In this document: piece by piece, positions 50,762 to 61,247 of the stretch | Layout of the letters: the number at the start of each line of letters is the position of its first letter | How positions within the stretch are numbered: the first letter of the stretch is position 1 | IMG/VR virus record: IMGVR_UViG_2519103125_000002 | Span: 1-64,000 of that record | Length of the DNA stretch: 64,000 nucleotides | Origin: an uncultured virus (IMG/VR IMGVR_UViG_2519103125_000002) | Taxonomy: Duplodnaviria; Heunggongvirae; Uroviricota; Caudoviricetes | Strand: one strand, 5' to 3' | The notes under the pieces: generated by a model | Databases searched by the model: none | What the model was told of the DNA's origin: nothing | What the model saw: only the letters and a program-made list of their open reading frames with translations | Made by a program: the position numbers and the translations under genes

Positions 50762-51910
50762 CTATATAATCCCTAGAGATTTCTTAGGTAATTGAGCATA
50801 AAAAATATTCCCTAATCGCTCAAACATATCTAGTGATTTCAATAACAGTTCTTTGTCATTTTTCGCTAGGCCTAAATAGTAAATTTGAAATGCGCTCAGT
50901 TCCCCGTTCTCTTCTTTCAACTTCATTAAAATTTTAATTGCATGTTCATTATTACCCTTTTGTATTTCTAAATATGCTTGTTCAGCAGCATGTAATGGTT
51001 TAATATTTTCTAAATCAACTTTATGATGTATTTTTAGAAACTCAATAGTATTAGCTATCATTGTTCTTCTCATTTCCATTTGATTACTCGACTCTTTCTC
51101 TAAAATGCTCAATGCTTTTTTCAGATAAAATATCGATTTGTCAAAGGATTCATCACATAGCATAAACGATTCTCCCAATACACCATATACTGTTGCTTCT
51201 ACAACAGGAAAACGATTATTGATAGGTATACTTTGTATCACTTCTTCGCATATTTCTCTTAGTTTTTCTAGTTCGTATGCGGTTAAATGACCATGAATTG
51301 CACATTCCTTTATCTTATAAAAAAACGATTCTTTTAGATAAGGATCTTTAATATCATTTAGTTTCTCCATTAAAAAATCGGATTTGTTAACCATTAACTT
51401 AAAGTTACCTTGATCGTAAGCTGATAGCATTTCTATTTCTTCGGATAAAATCTCTAATTCTTTACTTTTTAATTTGAGGTATTTCTTTCTCTTATTTAAT
51501 TCCAAAAGTAATTTTTCGCCTTTTATGTGTCCTTTATATCTTTTATAAATCAGTTCATACAAGCTTGCCCATTCGCGATTTTCTTTATTTGCTGAAGTCA
51601 TTTCTTGGTCTACTAGTCGTTTTAAAAGTTCCAACTCTCCATGAGCCATTAAATAATTCATCGCAATTTTTTTATTAAGATGTCTTTTAGTATTAGTAAA
51701 GTATTTAGCGCAAAGATCTCGACGTAACTCTACATCATTAGGATAAGCGATTTTTAAAAGTTCTCCGTACTTGTCGAATCTAATTCCATCTTTCTCCTTA
51801 AAAAATTTAGAAACCGTCACGTTGCTTAAACTGATTTGTTTTGAAATATTTCTATCGCTTATTCCTTTAGCGTACAAATCATTTTGCAACTTCACTATTG
51901 AACTTTGCAC
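50762..51910 (-). CDS. aimR: AimR-family lysis-lysogeny peptide receptor (HTH plus TPR, RRNPP)
   Basis: 382 aa; N-terminal HTH, NREWASLYEL motif, C-terminal FERLGNIFYAQLPK; followed by peptide gene. Confidence 0.92.
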   Translation of the reverse strand: MQSSIVKLQNDLYAKGISDRNISKQISLSNVTVSKFFKEKDGIRFDKYGELLKIAYPNDVELRRDLCAKYFTNTKRHLNKKIAMNYLMAHGELELLKRLVDQEMTSANKENREWASLYELIYKRYKGHIKGEKLLLELNKRKKYLKLKSKELEILSEEIEMLSAYDQGNFKLMVNKSDFLMEKLNDIKDPYLKESFFYKIKECAIHGHLTAYELEKLREICEEVIQSIPINNRFPVVEATVYGVLGESFMLCDESFDKSIFYLKKALSILEKESSNQMEMRRTMIANTIEFLKIHHKVDLENIKPLHAAEQAYLEIQKGNNEHAIKILMKLKEENGELSAFQIYYLGLAKNDKELLLKSLDMFERLGNIFYAQLPKKSLGII

Positions 51911-52011
51911 AATCTTTGTCCTCCTTGTTGGACAAAAAAGACACGTTACCCTAGATTTCTTACATTTAAGGAAAACGCGTCACTATATCTAGGATGTGTG
52001 TTATAATTATG

Positions 52012-52105
52012 TACGAGACTTATGACAAGTGTTCCCCTAGGCACATTAGGGCGGACCGTGGAAGAGTGTTACCAGCACTACTTGCACAGCCATGAGTCTT
52101 TTTTA
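52012..52105 (+). ncRNA. Putative sRNA divergent from aimR
   Basis: TG-TATAAT at 52002; closing stem AGACTTATG...CATGAGTCT plus T-tract enclosing two hairpins. Confidence 0.55.
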
Positions 52106-52345
52106 CGTCCGTTTATTTTATTATTTTCATAATATCATATTTTTGCCAAAATTCAGTCGTGGGGTTATCAGAAAAATGTTGAGAAAGTTTGAAAATAGCT
52201 GTATATCAATGGTTTCTCATACTTATGGATAAGGATATGCAATAGTACATCTTTTTTTAAGCTTATATACAATGCTTATACTAAAGTTTGGTACAATTGT
52301 ATTGTATATTTTGGGTGGTAATTTATAAGAAATGGGGCGAGGTAG

Positions 52346-53842
52346 TTGGGAGTAAAAATAGCAATATTAATTGGTGTAAGCGAATATAAAAATATTAGTA
52401 ATTTAGATGCATGCTTATGTGATATTGAGGTAATGCATGAACTACTTAAGCAAACAAATGAATATAGTGAAATTTTATTTATTAACAAGAATTTGAATAG
52501 TAATCAAGTAAAAGACCAAGTTGTAGAGTTTGTAAAAAAATATGAAAATCCTGAGGAAGAAATCGATCAGGTATTTTTCTATTTTACTGGACATGGTAAG
52601 ACAAACTCATCTGATGTTCATTTCTTGTTATCAGATTATGAATCCACAAAGTTAAAGGCTACTTCTTTACAAAATTCAGAGGTAGATAGTTATTTACGAT
52701 TGTTAAGTCCTAAATTAGCTGTAAAGGTCATTGACGCATGCTATTCAGGTGCTACATATATTAAAGACGATGAACAACTTGTAGAAAAAACTTTAAGGGA
52801 ATCTGCAAGGAAAAAAGAATTGAGAGACTGTTATTTTATGTTTTCGTCTCAAAATAATGAACCTTCTCTTGCACAAAGGTTAAGTTATTTTACAGAAAGT
52901 TTTGTCCAAGCAGTTCTTGATCAAGATGCTGGAACTACAATTAGATTTAAGAATATTACAGACAGAATATCTGATACATTTAGTTCAATATATAAAGACG
53001 AACAAACTCCTAAGTTTGTTTTTCAAGCTAATCTTACAGAGGATTTTTGTTCAGTAACAACTGAGTTAAAAGAACAAGTTGAAAAAAAATTAGAGGATAT
53101 CGGGGCAGTTACTTCAGAAGCCTTAGTAGAAGAAAAAGAAGAATTTTCCTTAATCGAAATGGTTAAAAAAGAAGCAGAAGATTACTGTACAGATTTTTCG
53201 GAAATCATAAATGCTGTTGATATAATAGGGGATAAGTTTGAAAAGTTTACACTACCAAATCACATAGCTGACCTCTATGAGTTATCAGTTAATAAAGGTT
53301 GTATAAATAGAGGGATTCCTTTAAGTAATATTGATAAACATAAAGCTGTACTTAATTTACTTAAAGAAAAACAAAATGATTATTTTGTTAATGTAATATA
53401 TGAAGAGGAAGAAGAATCTACAAATCCTTATAGCCTTGCTTCACTATATCCCTCATTTGGAAGGAAAAAAGAAAAGAAACCTATAGATTTAGAAGTGCTA
53501 TCTGGGGATATTCCCTTTGATTATATCTCTATTGAAATTAAGGCGAAGTATCCTAGTCTTAAATCTTATAAATTTTCGTTAATAATTTTCCTGTCACGTA
53601 TGAATTTCCTGATTATGAATTCTGTTGCGCCATATAAGGAAATTGCATGGAATCAATTTGCAACAGAAGAAGAAGAAATGAAATGGGTATACAGGGAAAT
53701 TAAAATTAAAGACACTCCACATTTGACAATCACTACTGAAAAAATCTTAAGTCAGTGTACGAATATCATACTTGATGAACTAGGAACAAAATTTGAAATG
53801 CAAGGTAAAGACAAAAATGGTAATTTGATTAAAACACCATAA
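52346..53842 (+). CDS. Caspase-family (peptidase C14) protein with unknown C-terminal domain
   Basis: AILIGVSEY, FYFTGHG and IDACYSG His/Cys dyad, EQTP. Confidence 0.9.
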   Translation: MGVKIAILIGVSEYKNISNLDACLCDIEVMHELLKQTNEYSEILFINKNLNSNQVKDQVVEFVKKYENPEEEIDQVFFYFTGHGKTNSSDVHFLLSDYESTKLKATSLQNSEVDSYLRLLSPKLAVKVIDACYSGATYIKDDEQLVEKTLRESARKKELRDCYFMFSSQNNEPSLAQRLSYFTESFVQAVLDQDAGTTIRFKNITDRISDTFSSIYKDEQTPKFVFQANLTEDFCSVTTELKEQVEKKLEDIGAVTSEALVEEKEEFSLIEMVKKEAEDYCTDFSEIINAVDIIGDKFEKFTLPNHIADLYELSVNKGCINRGIPLSNIDKHKAVLNLLKEKQNDYFVNVIYEEEEESTNPYSLASLYPSFGRKKEKKPIDLEVLSGDIPFDYISIEIKAKYPSLKSYKFSLIIFLSRMNFLIMNSVAPYKEIAWNQFATEEEEMKWVYREIKIKDTPHLTITTEKILSQCTNIILDELGTKFEMQGKDKNGNLIKTP

Positions 53843-54101
53843 TAAGATTCAGAAAAAGGAAATGTCTATAGCATAATTAATTATGCTTATACAAAAGGAA
53901 AATATACATTTTGGACACTCCCTTTCGCTCATAACATATTCAATAATTGAATTTCTAAACATATTACAAACTTGTGTATATTACCCAAAAAAGAACTTGT
54001 AGTAATTTCTACAAGTTCTTTTTTCTTTTCTAATTAATAATAAAAGAGATTTATACTATACGGATTCAAATAGAGTAATTGTCCTATTATTTTCAACTCT
54101 A

Positions 54102-56663
54102 TCATATAGATTGACACTGTATCATTCTATCTTCCCACCAATCAGGGTAAACAATAATTTCTTCTATATCCTTTTCATATAATGTTGTAATAAAATCGCT
54201 AAAATCCTTTAAAATTGAGAATGAGTATACCGATACCTCTTCAGAAGTTACTCCTTTCCAAAGGATTTTTACAAATTCTTCATTCTTTAATACTTCTCTT
54301 ACTTTTTCGGCATGTATATAAGAAGCATCAACGTTTAAGTGGTGATTGCATAAATACATATATGTAAGGAAATTCTCTCGGATTACAAGGTCTTCTTTTG
54401 CCATTTCTGCAAGATTGTCTAGTTTATTGTATATATCAGATTTATGGAATCGTGAATCTCTGAATAAATAATACTTTTCGAGAGAAAAATCTTTGTCACT
54501 CCAAATATTAAGTCCGTTTTTCAAACTAAACTTATCTAGTAAATTTCGAATATAAAATGGCTCAATAATTTTAAGTAAATTTATTTTATAGTCATTAAAC
54601 TGAAGGGACATTTTCTCATCAGGATACCATGGGTCTATAATTTCTAATAACTTTTCATTGTAATTATCCGCAAGTATTTCAGTTAACTCCTTAATTATTT
54701 TCTTTTCTCTATTTCTGTTATCAATATATATATATCTATAAAATTCCTCGTATCCATTCATATTAGTATTTATCCAAATCTTTAATTGTTTATAAAGTAA
54801 ATTAAAGATTTGAACTTGATATTCTGGTATGACTAGAGGTATTAATTCTTGAATATGATTATCTAAATCTACTAGTTCTTGCTGATAGTTCTTCGCTGTT
54901 ACATGATATTTAGTTACATGGATTTTACCAAAAAGCTCGTCCCGATGATTAAAGATATGTTCAATATATTGTGATTTTAAATTTCCATTTATTAAATCGT
55001 CAAATTTTGTGTTATCTAAACGCAATCTTTCATAGTTTGATTTATATTCCTTCCATGTTAATACACTTGAACTCTCAATAATTCTAAAGTACAGATCAAA
55101 ATTCTTATCCAATTTATTTATCTGTATTTGTAATCCCATAATAATATTTTTAGCTCTTTTCATATCTTTGGATTCCACGGGATATTTATTTAAAATTTCT
55201 TTTGCGTCATCCTCTGTAATTAGACTAGCCTTTTTCTTAGAAATATAGGAAGGTGAAAACATTCCCCTAACCTCTGAATCCCTTAATATTCCTTTATATA
55301 CATTTGGAAATTCTAGATTAAGTATTTGGACTAAGTATATAAAATTTAAGTTTATTTCATCGCTTTCAAATCGTTGAAGTATAGTTGCAAGTAAGTTCAT
55401 GTTTTGAAGATACCTTTTTAGGGTTCTTGGATTATTTGGTAAATAACTTTTAATATTATTAATAACCTTGGTATCAATTTGATTTTTGGGTTTATTCAAT
55501 TCTTTTTGTAATAAATCCATTCTTCCTTCCACTGATGGTTCATCAATTGTTATATGGTAATTTATAATTTTTTCTAAGAATAAGTTCCCACTTGTTAAAT
55601 TCATTTCTTTAGTAATTATTTTACTAACTGTCTCATCATCTATTGCGAGAACGTAAGAAATTTTATCAATATTAATAATTTCTTTCACTGTTTTTAATAT
55701 AGTTAAAATTCTCTTAGCATCATCCAAACGGTCTAAATCATCAATAAATACAATAATTTTTGCGTTTTGGGGTAAATTTATATTTAAGTAATTATTAATG
55801 GCTGCCTTAATTTCATTCTCTATAGGTGTTCCGGCATTTTTTATAAGTTCATCAATTAGCTTTCCAATTGGCAATTTAGAGGTTGAATGTTGAAAAATTC
55901 TCAATGAAAATGCTTTGATTGACCTAAATATAGGAAAATTAAGGACCCCCTTATCGTGCATAATTAATTCTTGTTCTATAGCCTCTCGAAAGCCAATCCA
56001 TAACTCCTTGTCGCTGTGGTATGTCCATGGATTAAACCAGCACACAATAAAATTCTCTTTCTTTTGTAATGATTCCTTAACTAAGTTCATTAGAGACGTC
56101 TTACCAGATCCCCACCTACCGTAAACACCTATCTTTAGGCTTTCATCTTGATGCTTTTCTAGCATTTCAGCTATCCTTTCTGCTGTATTAATTCTTCCTA
56201 ATGCATCCTCTGATGATGAATATATAGACTCGTCTGAATTATTATTGGTAGATTTAAGTTCCTTTATCTTGCATTTCATTCCTCTTTTATATAAATAATA
56301 ACTACTTACTAATAAAGATAAAAAAATGAGTTGAAGTGTAATAGTGTCATTTTTCCATATGAAAAGAAGACAGCAAATTACGATGCATACAAAACTAAGA
56401 ATATATAAAACTTGATATCTCTTCATTGCTTTAACGTAAAAAAAGATTTTAACTAATGAAAAGAATATTATTCCTAAAGTAATGAGCAATACAGTATTGA
56501 ATAAATGCAGATCAGATGCTTTAGCAACGAATTTTTCTATCATTACATTTATTTTATATGGTATTTTATGAGGTATTTCATAAATTCCTGAACCAATCAA
56601 TAGCACAGCTAATATTTTAAATACAGAATCAACATAAAACCTTTTTTTATTCACTTTTTTCAC
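54102..56663 (-). CDS. KAP-family P-loop NTPase with N-terminal TM helices
   Basis: DALGR, IGVYGRWGSGKTS, FNPW, FIDDLDRL, FLEKII, NPRTLKR. Confidence 0.92.
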   Translation of the reverse strand: MKKVNKKRFYVDSVFKILAVLLIGSGIYEIPHKIPYKINVMIEKFVAKASDLHLFNTVLLITLGIIFFSLVKIFFYVKAMKRYQVLYILSFVCIVICCLLFIWKNDTITLQLIFLSLLVSSYYLYKRGMKCKIKELKSTNNNSDESIYSSSEDALGRINTAERIAEMLEKHQDESLKIGVYGRWGSGKTSLMNLVKESLQKKENFIVCWFNPWTYHSDKELWIGFREAIEQELIMHDKGVLNFPIFRSIKAFSLRIFQHSTSKLPIGKLIDELIKNAGTPIENEIKAAINNYLNINLPQNAKIIVFIDDLDRLDDAKRILTILKTVKEIINIDKISYVLAIDDETVSKIITKEMNLTSGNLFLEKIINYHITIDEPSVEGRMDLLQKELNKPKNQIDTKVINNIKSYLPNNPRTLKRYLQNMNLLATILQRFESDEINLNFIYLVQILNLEFPNVYKGILRDSEVRGMFSPSYISKKKASLITEDDAKEILNKYPVESKDMKRAKNIIMGLQIQINKLDKNFDLYFRIIESSSVLTWKEYKSNYERLRLDNTKFDDLINGNLKSQYIEHIFNHRDELFGKIHVTKYHVTAKNYQQELVDLDNHIQELIPLVIPEYQVQIFNLLYKQLKIWINTNMNGYEEFYRYIYIDNRNREKKIIKELTEILADNYNEKLLEIIDPWYPDEKMSLQFNDYKINLLKIIEPFYIRNLLDKFSLKNGLNIWSDKDFSLEKYYLFRDSRFHKSDIYNKLDNLAEMAKEDLVIRENFLTYMYLCNHHLNVDASYIHAEKVREVLKNEEFVKILWKGVTSEEVSVYSFSILKDFSDFITTLYEKDIEEIIVYPDWWEDRMIQCQSI

Positions 56664-56868
56664 CGACCCAATTTATATATTTTAATTTATAAATCCCATA
56701 TTTGAGCATACCACTATTTTTATACTTAACAAGCATGTGAATATTTTTAAGAAGATTCAAACAAAATTTAAAATCTACACTGATATCAGATTATACAGCA
56801 GTATAGCAAATGCATTGAGGTGACAAAATGAATTCCATTGAGAGCCTCGGCTCTCTTTTTTATTTTCA

Positions 56869-56912
56869 TTCGACAAAATATGACAATATACAAATAACTT
56901 GTTTGCTACCAT
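56869..56912 (+). promoter_or_regulatory. Tandem 0A-box-like promoter
   Basis: TTCGACA-aaa-TATGACA-21 nt-TACCAT (TG at -15). Confidence 0.65.
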
Positions 56913-56951
56913 GAGATGAGAAATCTTACATTTTGGAGGCCGCTAATAATA

Positions 56952-58025
56952 ATGAGTAATAAAAACAAAGGGAAAAAACCAACCGAGTCACAACTTGCAA
57001 AAAAAGCGATAGCAAGTAAATATCAAACTTCGCCTATTATCGTAGAAACTAAGTTCAGTTCAACTGATCGTGGCTATGCTGCCATAGATAAAGATCATAT
57101 TCAATTATTTAAGTACAACAAAGAAACACAAAATGTTTCTAGTGTTGGCACATATAATTTCAATGAATACGACACTGTTACTATTGATAAATTCGCCGTG
57201 AAAGCGGTTATGGAATTTAAAGGAATGAATAAAACATTCGTATTTACACCAACACAGCAAACTAATGATATTGAACGCTTAATCCAAACAAATACTTCAA
57301 TTCAAATCAATAAAGTGGAGCGTAAATTACATAACAAGATACTCGGTTTCCGATCTAATACTAAATGGAAAATGGTTGTAGCTAGTGCTGTTTACCTATT
57401 TATTGTTATTGCTGCAATTAGTGGTTTCATGGATAAAAAAGAGAATAAAGTTGCTTCTAGCACCCCAAAACAAGAGGCCAAGATAGAAAGTCAATCTGAT
57501 ACGAAAAAAGAAACTAATTCTAAGCCTCAAGATACAGTTTTAAAAATGGACGATGGCCGTAATGTTAACATGGAGATTTACAACAAGTACGGTGTTAAAT
57601 ATCAGTCTCATGAGCCAACTACAAAGGATAAGGATGCAATGGAGCATTTTGAAAAAATGGCTGAGAAATATAACATGTCTGTTCCTGAGTACATTTCCAA
57701 AGAAGATGAAATTGTAGCTGCTAATGTTCAAAGGAAAAAAGAAGAAAAACAAAAAGCTGACGAAGAAAACAAACAACGTGCTGGATCTAGTAGACCAGGT
57801 TTAACAAAAGTGAAATTCGAAAACATTCAAAACGGTATGACATATGAACAAGTAAAAGAAATTATAGGTACCGATGGAGAATTAATATCTGAAGGTGGAG
57901 AGAAAGGAACTGAATTCTACACAGTTATGTATATGTGGGAAGGTGTAGGCTCACCGGGCGCTAATGCTAACTTTATGTTCCAAGGTGGAAAACTAAATAG
58001 TAAAGCACAATTTGGATTGAAATAA
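56952..58025 (+). CDS. Membrane protein with C-terminal DUF3862/BLIP-like domain
   Basis: KILGFRS..WKM TM motif; IQNGMTYEQVKEIIG..Y.W..ANANFMFQGGKL.SKAQFGL. Confidence 0.75.
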   Translation: MSNKNKGKKPTESQLAKKAIASKYQTSPIIVETKFSSTDRGYAAIDKDHIQLFKYNKETQNVSSVGTYNFNEYDTVTIDKFAVKAVMEFKGMNKTFVFTPTQQTNDIERLIQTNTSIQINKVERKLHNKILGFRSNTKWKMVVASAVYLFIVIAAISGFMDKKENKVASSTPKQEAKIESQSDTKKETNSKPQDTVLKMDDGRNVNMEIYNKYGVKYQSHEPTTKDKDAMEHFEKMAEKYNMSVPEYISKEDEIVAANVQRKKEEKQKADEENKQRAGSSRPGLTKVKFENIQNGMTYEQVKEIIGTDGELISEGGEKGTEFYTVMYMWEGVGSPGANANFMFQGGKLNSKAQFGLK

Positions 58026-58083
58026 AAATGCACTCGAAAGAGTGCTTTTAATTATGAATTCATACGCAAAAGGGGAGTAAACA

Positions 58084-58899
58084 GTGAAATTAACTTTATT
58101 TACAATATCTAACGAACAAATTAAAGAACAATTGAGCAAATTACAAACGAAGGTTGAGTCTTTGGAGACTGTAAAAGATGTACAAGATAAGATTATCTCC
58201 ACTAAAGACAGTCAAATTACATTCCTACAAGGGGAGATTTCTAATATAACTAGTTGGGTTACTTGGGGAGCCGCAGCCGTTATCACTCTCGCATCTGCGG
58301 CATTCATTTATATTAAGTTTTTAGAGCGTAAAGCTAAAAAGAAAATTGAAGAAGCGGAAAACACATTACAATTAGTTACTGAAAAGTTGGCAGAAGTTGA
58401 AAATTCAAGGCAACAAACCGAAAGTAACTTAACTGAATCAGATTCAAGAATAGAACAACTAGACATATTAATCGAAAAATCCAATAATATAGCAACTATT
58501 GCTCAAGAAAAGATTGATAAATTAGAAGAAAAACACAAAGATCTATATGATTTAACGACTGCTACAACCATAAACCAAAAAATTGATATGTCAATTAAAG
58601 AAATAGATATGTATTTAGATTTTTCTAAGAATATTATTGATAGAATTTATACCTATCATGAAAAAACAATTAAAATATCACAAAAACAAATGGAGAAATT
58701 AACTTATTTAAACAGCCAACATACATCATTTTTAAATGCTTATCGAAGATTATTTTCAATTTTTAGTGCTGATATAGCTGAAGGACGAAAAATCAATACT
58801 GATGATATGACTGAAGGTACTAACCACCTGAAAATGAACAGTATAAATTTATATAAAGAGTGCATAGAACTTGATGATAAGTTAGGATTACTATCCTGA
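58084..58899 (+). CDS. Single-TM coiled-coil protein
   Basis: TM WVTWGAAAVITLASAAFIYI; GGGGAG RBS. Confidence 0.7.
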   Translation: MKLTLFTISNEQIKEQLSKLQTKVESLETVKDVQDKIISTKDSQITFLQGEISNITSWVTWGAAAVITLASAAFIYIKFLERKAKKKIEEAENTLQLVTEKLAEVENSRQQTESNLTESDSRIEQLDILIEKSNNIATIAQEKIDKLEEKHKDLYDLTTATTINQKIDMSIKEIDMYLDFSKNIIDRIYTYHEKTIKISQKQMEKLTYLNSQHTSFLNAYRRLFSIFSADIAEGRKINTDDMTEGTNHLKMNSINLYKECIELDDKLGLLS

Positions 58900-58968
58900 C
58901 AACATAAATTATCAGATTCATATTTGTATTTTTTAATAAGCACTACATACAAACATGTAATAATTGTG

Positions 58969-59041
58969 TTCGATGGGAGTCCAAGACATAGTATTAAAAT
59001 TAAGATGGTTCAAGTCGGAAGGCACCTTTGGGTGTCTTTTT
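58969..59041 (+). repeat. Multicopy ~80-nt element, copy D
   Basis: GATGGGAGTCCAAGACATAGTATTAAAATTAAGATGGTTCAAGTCGGAAGGCACCTTTGGGTGTCTTTT. Confidence 0.85.
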
Positions 59042-59049
59042 CCTTACCT

Positions 59050-59093
59050 TTCGACAGAATATGACAAATTAAGAAGGTGTAATTTGCTATTAT
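59050..59093 (+). promoter_or_regulatory. Tandem 0A-box-like promoter
   Basis: TTCGACA-gaa-TATGACA-21 nt-TATTAT. Confidence 0.65.
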
Positions 59094-59135
59094 CATCTTA
59101 TTATCAATATAAACTGTTATAAAAAGGAGATATAC

Positions 59136-59606
59136 ATGCTAGAATTTAAAGGGCAACTAAGTACACTAGTAGTCACACCAACTAAAATTACTATTAAATA
59201 CTCTCGTTTGATCGGCAGGGGATCTAAAGAAATCCAAATCAAAAGTCTTACGGGTATACAATTCAAACCACCAGGCTTCCTTTCACATGGTTATATTCAA
59301 TTCGTTTTCCCTGGAAGCTCTGAAGTAAAAACTAAATCCACCTCTGACTTGGCAAAAGATGAAAATACTGTCATGTTTAATAAACACGAATATAACAATT
59401 TCTTAAAAGCAAAAGATTTAATAGAAGGGTACATGAACGAACAAGAAAAAAATACTTTCGCTTCTAATGACCATTCTTCTACAACAAATCCTGTAAATAC
59501 CTATTCTGTCGCTGACGAAATCACTAAACTAGCTGCATTGAAAGATCAAGGGATTCTAACAGAAGAAGAGTTTACAGCAAAAAAGAAACAACTATTAGGA
59601 ATATAA
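59136..59606 (+). CDS. DUF4429 plus SHOCT domain protein
   Basis: IQFKPPG..GYIQF..DENTVMF; C-terminal ADEITKLAALKDQGILTEEEFTAKKKQLL. Confidence 0.85.
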   Translation: MLEFKGQLSTLVVTPTKITIKYSRLIGRGSKEIQIKSLTGIQFKPPGFLSHGYIQFVFPGSSEVKTKSTSDLAKDENTVMFNKHEYNNFLKAKDLIEGYMNEQEKNTFASNDHSSTTNPVNTYSVADEITKLAALKDQGILTEEEFTAKKKQLLGI

Positions 59607-59712
59607 TAAGGGGGCTTCGGCTCTCTTTTTTTATTTATGATATTTCACCTCTAATATCTTTAAATTAATTTAAAGTGATATAATGATTATAATTACTTAT
59701 AGGAGGTATATT

Positions 59713-61086
59713 ATGAAAAAGAAATTTATGCTAATGATGCTTCTGTTTATATTGATGGTAGGATTACATCCTACTTCAATGACAAAAGCAGAAACTACAA
59801 GTGTACAAGGTGAACAATTTGAACAGGGGAAGTATGATTTAAAAGCTGAATCTCCATTTGGATATAACTGGAATAAAAACTCATCTCATGCGGGAACAGA
59901 AACAGGTGAGGTGAAATGGGAATACAAGCTTTATAAAAAGGATGGTGGTAATCAATTTTTCAGTGCTCCACCAGCAGTTGGAAGAGATGGGACGATTTAC
60001 GTCGGAAACTCCAATGAGAAATTGTATGCATTCAATCCTAACGGTTCCATTAAATGGATTAAAGATGATGTAGCTTATATGTATTGTACACCAGTTATAG
60101 CGGAAGATGGAACTATTTATGTTGTAAACAAAAAACTAACAGCTCTAAATCCCGATGGTTCCATTAAATGGGAAGATAAAAATGCAAATGCTTTCAGCAC
60201 ACCTATTATAGATAGTGAAGGTACAGTTTATATACATAATTCAAAATCAATAACTGCTTATAATTCGGATGGATCAAAGAAATGGGAATCAAGTCAGATG
60301 TTCGAAGGAGCTAATAGTGGTAAGAATACTATAGTCATGTCGAAAGATGGAACTATTTACACCTTACTTTCAAGTGGCGAAAATTATTTTATCTATGCCC
60401 ATAATAAGAATGGTAAAGAGTTATGGAAAAAACAGATTAGAGGAGGGTGGGGGCACCCAGGTTTTTCTTTAGGATTAGATAATGAATTATATATAAGTGC
60501 TGGCTCTGTTATCTTTGTTTTTGATAAAGATGGAAACCTAATAAAAGAGTGGAAGCCAGGGGCACAAGCTGCTGTTACAATCTCTTCCAAGGATGGAGCA
60601 ATTTATACGACTGGAGGTGGCACGGTAGCTGCTTATAATCGAGACTACACACTAAGGTGGAAATTCTTACCGGATGAAGGTGGGTTGAACTCACCGATAA
60701 TAGATAAAAATGGTGTAGTTTATGTTAATTCAAAAAAAACAGTATACGCAGTAAATCCAGATGGAACGCTAAAATGGAAGATGCCGTTTTCATCATTTGA
60801 TCCTGGTGCTCCAAATGATGCTATAACCATTGGTAGCGATGGAACTTTATACATGCTGGGATATGTTCCAGAACTAACTTACTTTGGTCCTGACAAAACG
60901 TATTTTTCAGTAGTAGCTATTGGCGACTCTTATACAGACACTGTATGTACCAAAGATAGTACATACATGCAAGTACTTAAATCACTTGAAGCAAAGAGTA
61001 AGACTGCTAAGTTAACAGATGAAGAGAAGAAAGAAGCACGTGATATTTTGAAGAAATTATCGGCTGATCTTGATAAAACAGAGTAG
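59713..61086 (+). CDS. Secreted PQQ-like beta-propeller repeat protein
   Basis: Signal peptide; repeated P.I..DGTIYV..LYA.NPDGS.KW. Confidence 0.9.
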   Translation: MKKKFMLMMLLFILMVGLHPTSMTKAETTSVQGEQFEQGKYDLKAESPFGYNWNKNSSHAGTETGEVKWEYKLYKKDGGNQFFSAPPAVGRDGTIYVGNSNEKLYAFNPNGSIKWIKDDVAYMYCTPVIAEDGTIYVVNKKLTALNPDGSIKWEDKNANAFSTPIIDSEGTVYIHNSKSITAYNSDGSKKWESSQMFEGANSGKNTIVMSKDGTIYTLLSSGENYFIYAHNKNGKELWKKQIRGGWGHPGFSLGLDNELYISAGSVIFVFDKDGNLIKEWKPGAQAAVTISSKDGAIYTTGGGTVAAYNRDYTLRWKFLPDEGGLNSPIIDKNGVVYVNSKKTVYAVNPDGTLKWKMPFSSFDPGAPNDAITIGSDGTLYMLGYVPELTYFGPDKTYFSVVAIGDSYTDTVCTKDSTYMQVLKSLEAKSKTAKLTDEEKKEARDILKKLSADLDKTE

Positions 61087-61159
61087 TAAACTTGGGCGGA
61101 TCATTACAGATATAGTAACTTTTGATGGAAGAGGGCTTCGGCTCTCTTTTTTATTTTCC

Positions 61160-61203
61160 TTCGACATAATATGACAATATAATAATGTTTGTTTTGATAA
61201 GAT
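61160..61203 (+). promoter_or_regulatory. Tandem 0A-box-like promoter
   Basis: TTCGACA-taa-TATGACA-21 nt-TAAGAT. Confidence 0.65.
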
Positions 61204-61247
61204 TGTCCAGAAATATTATATTTTATATATCTTGGAGGAATTAAATT

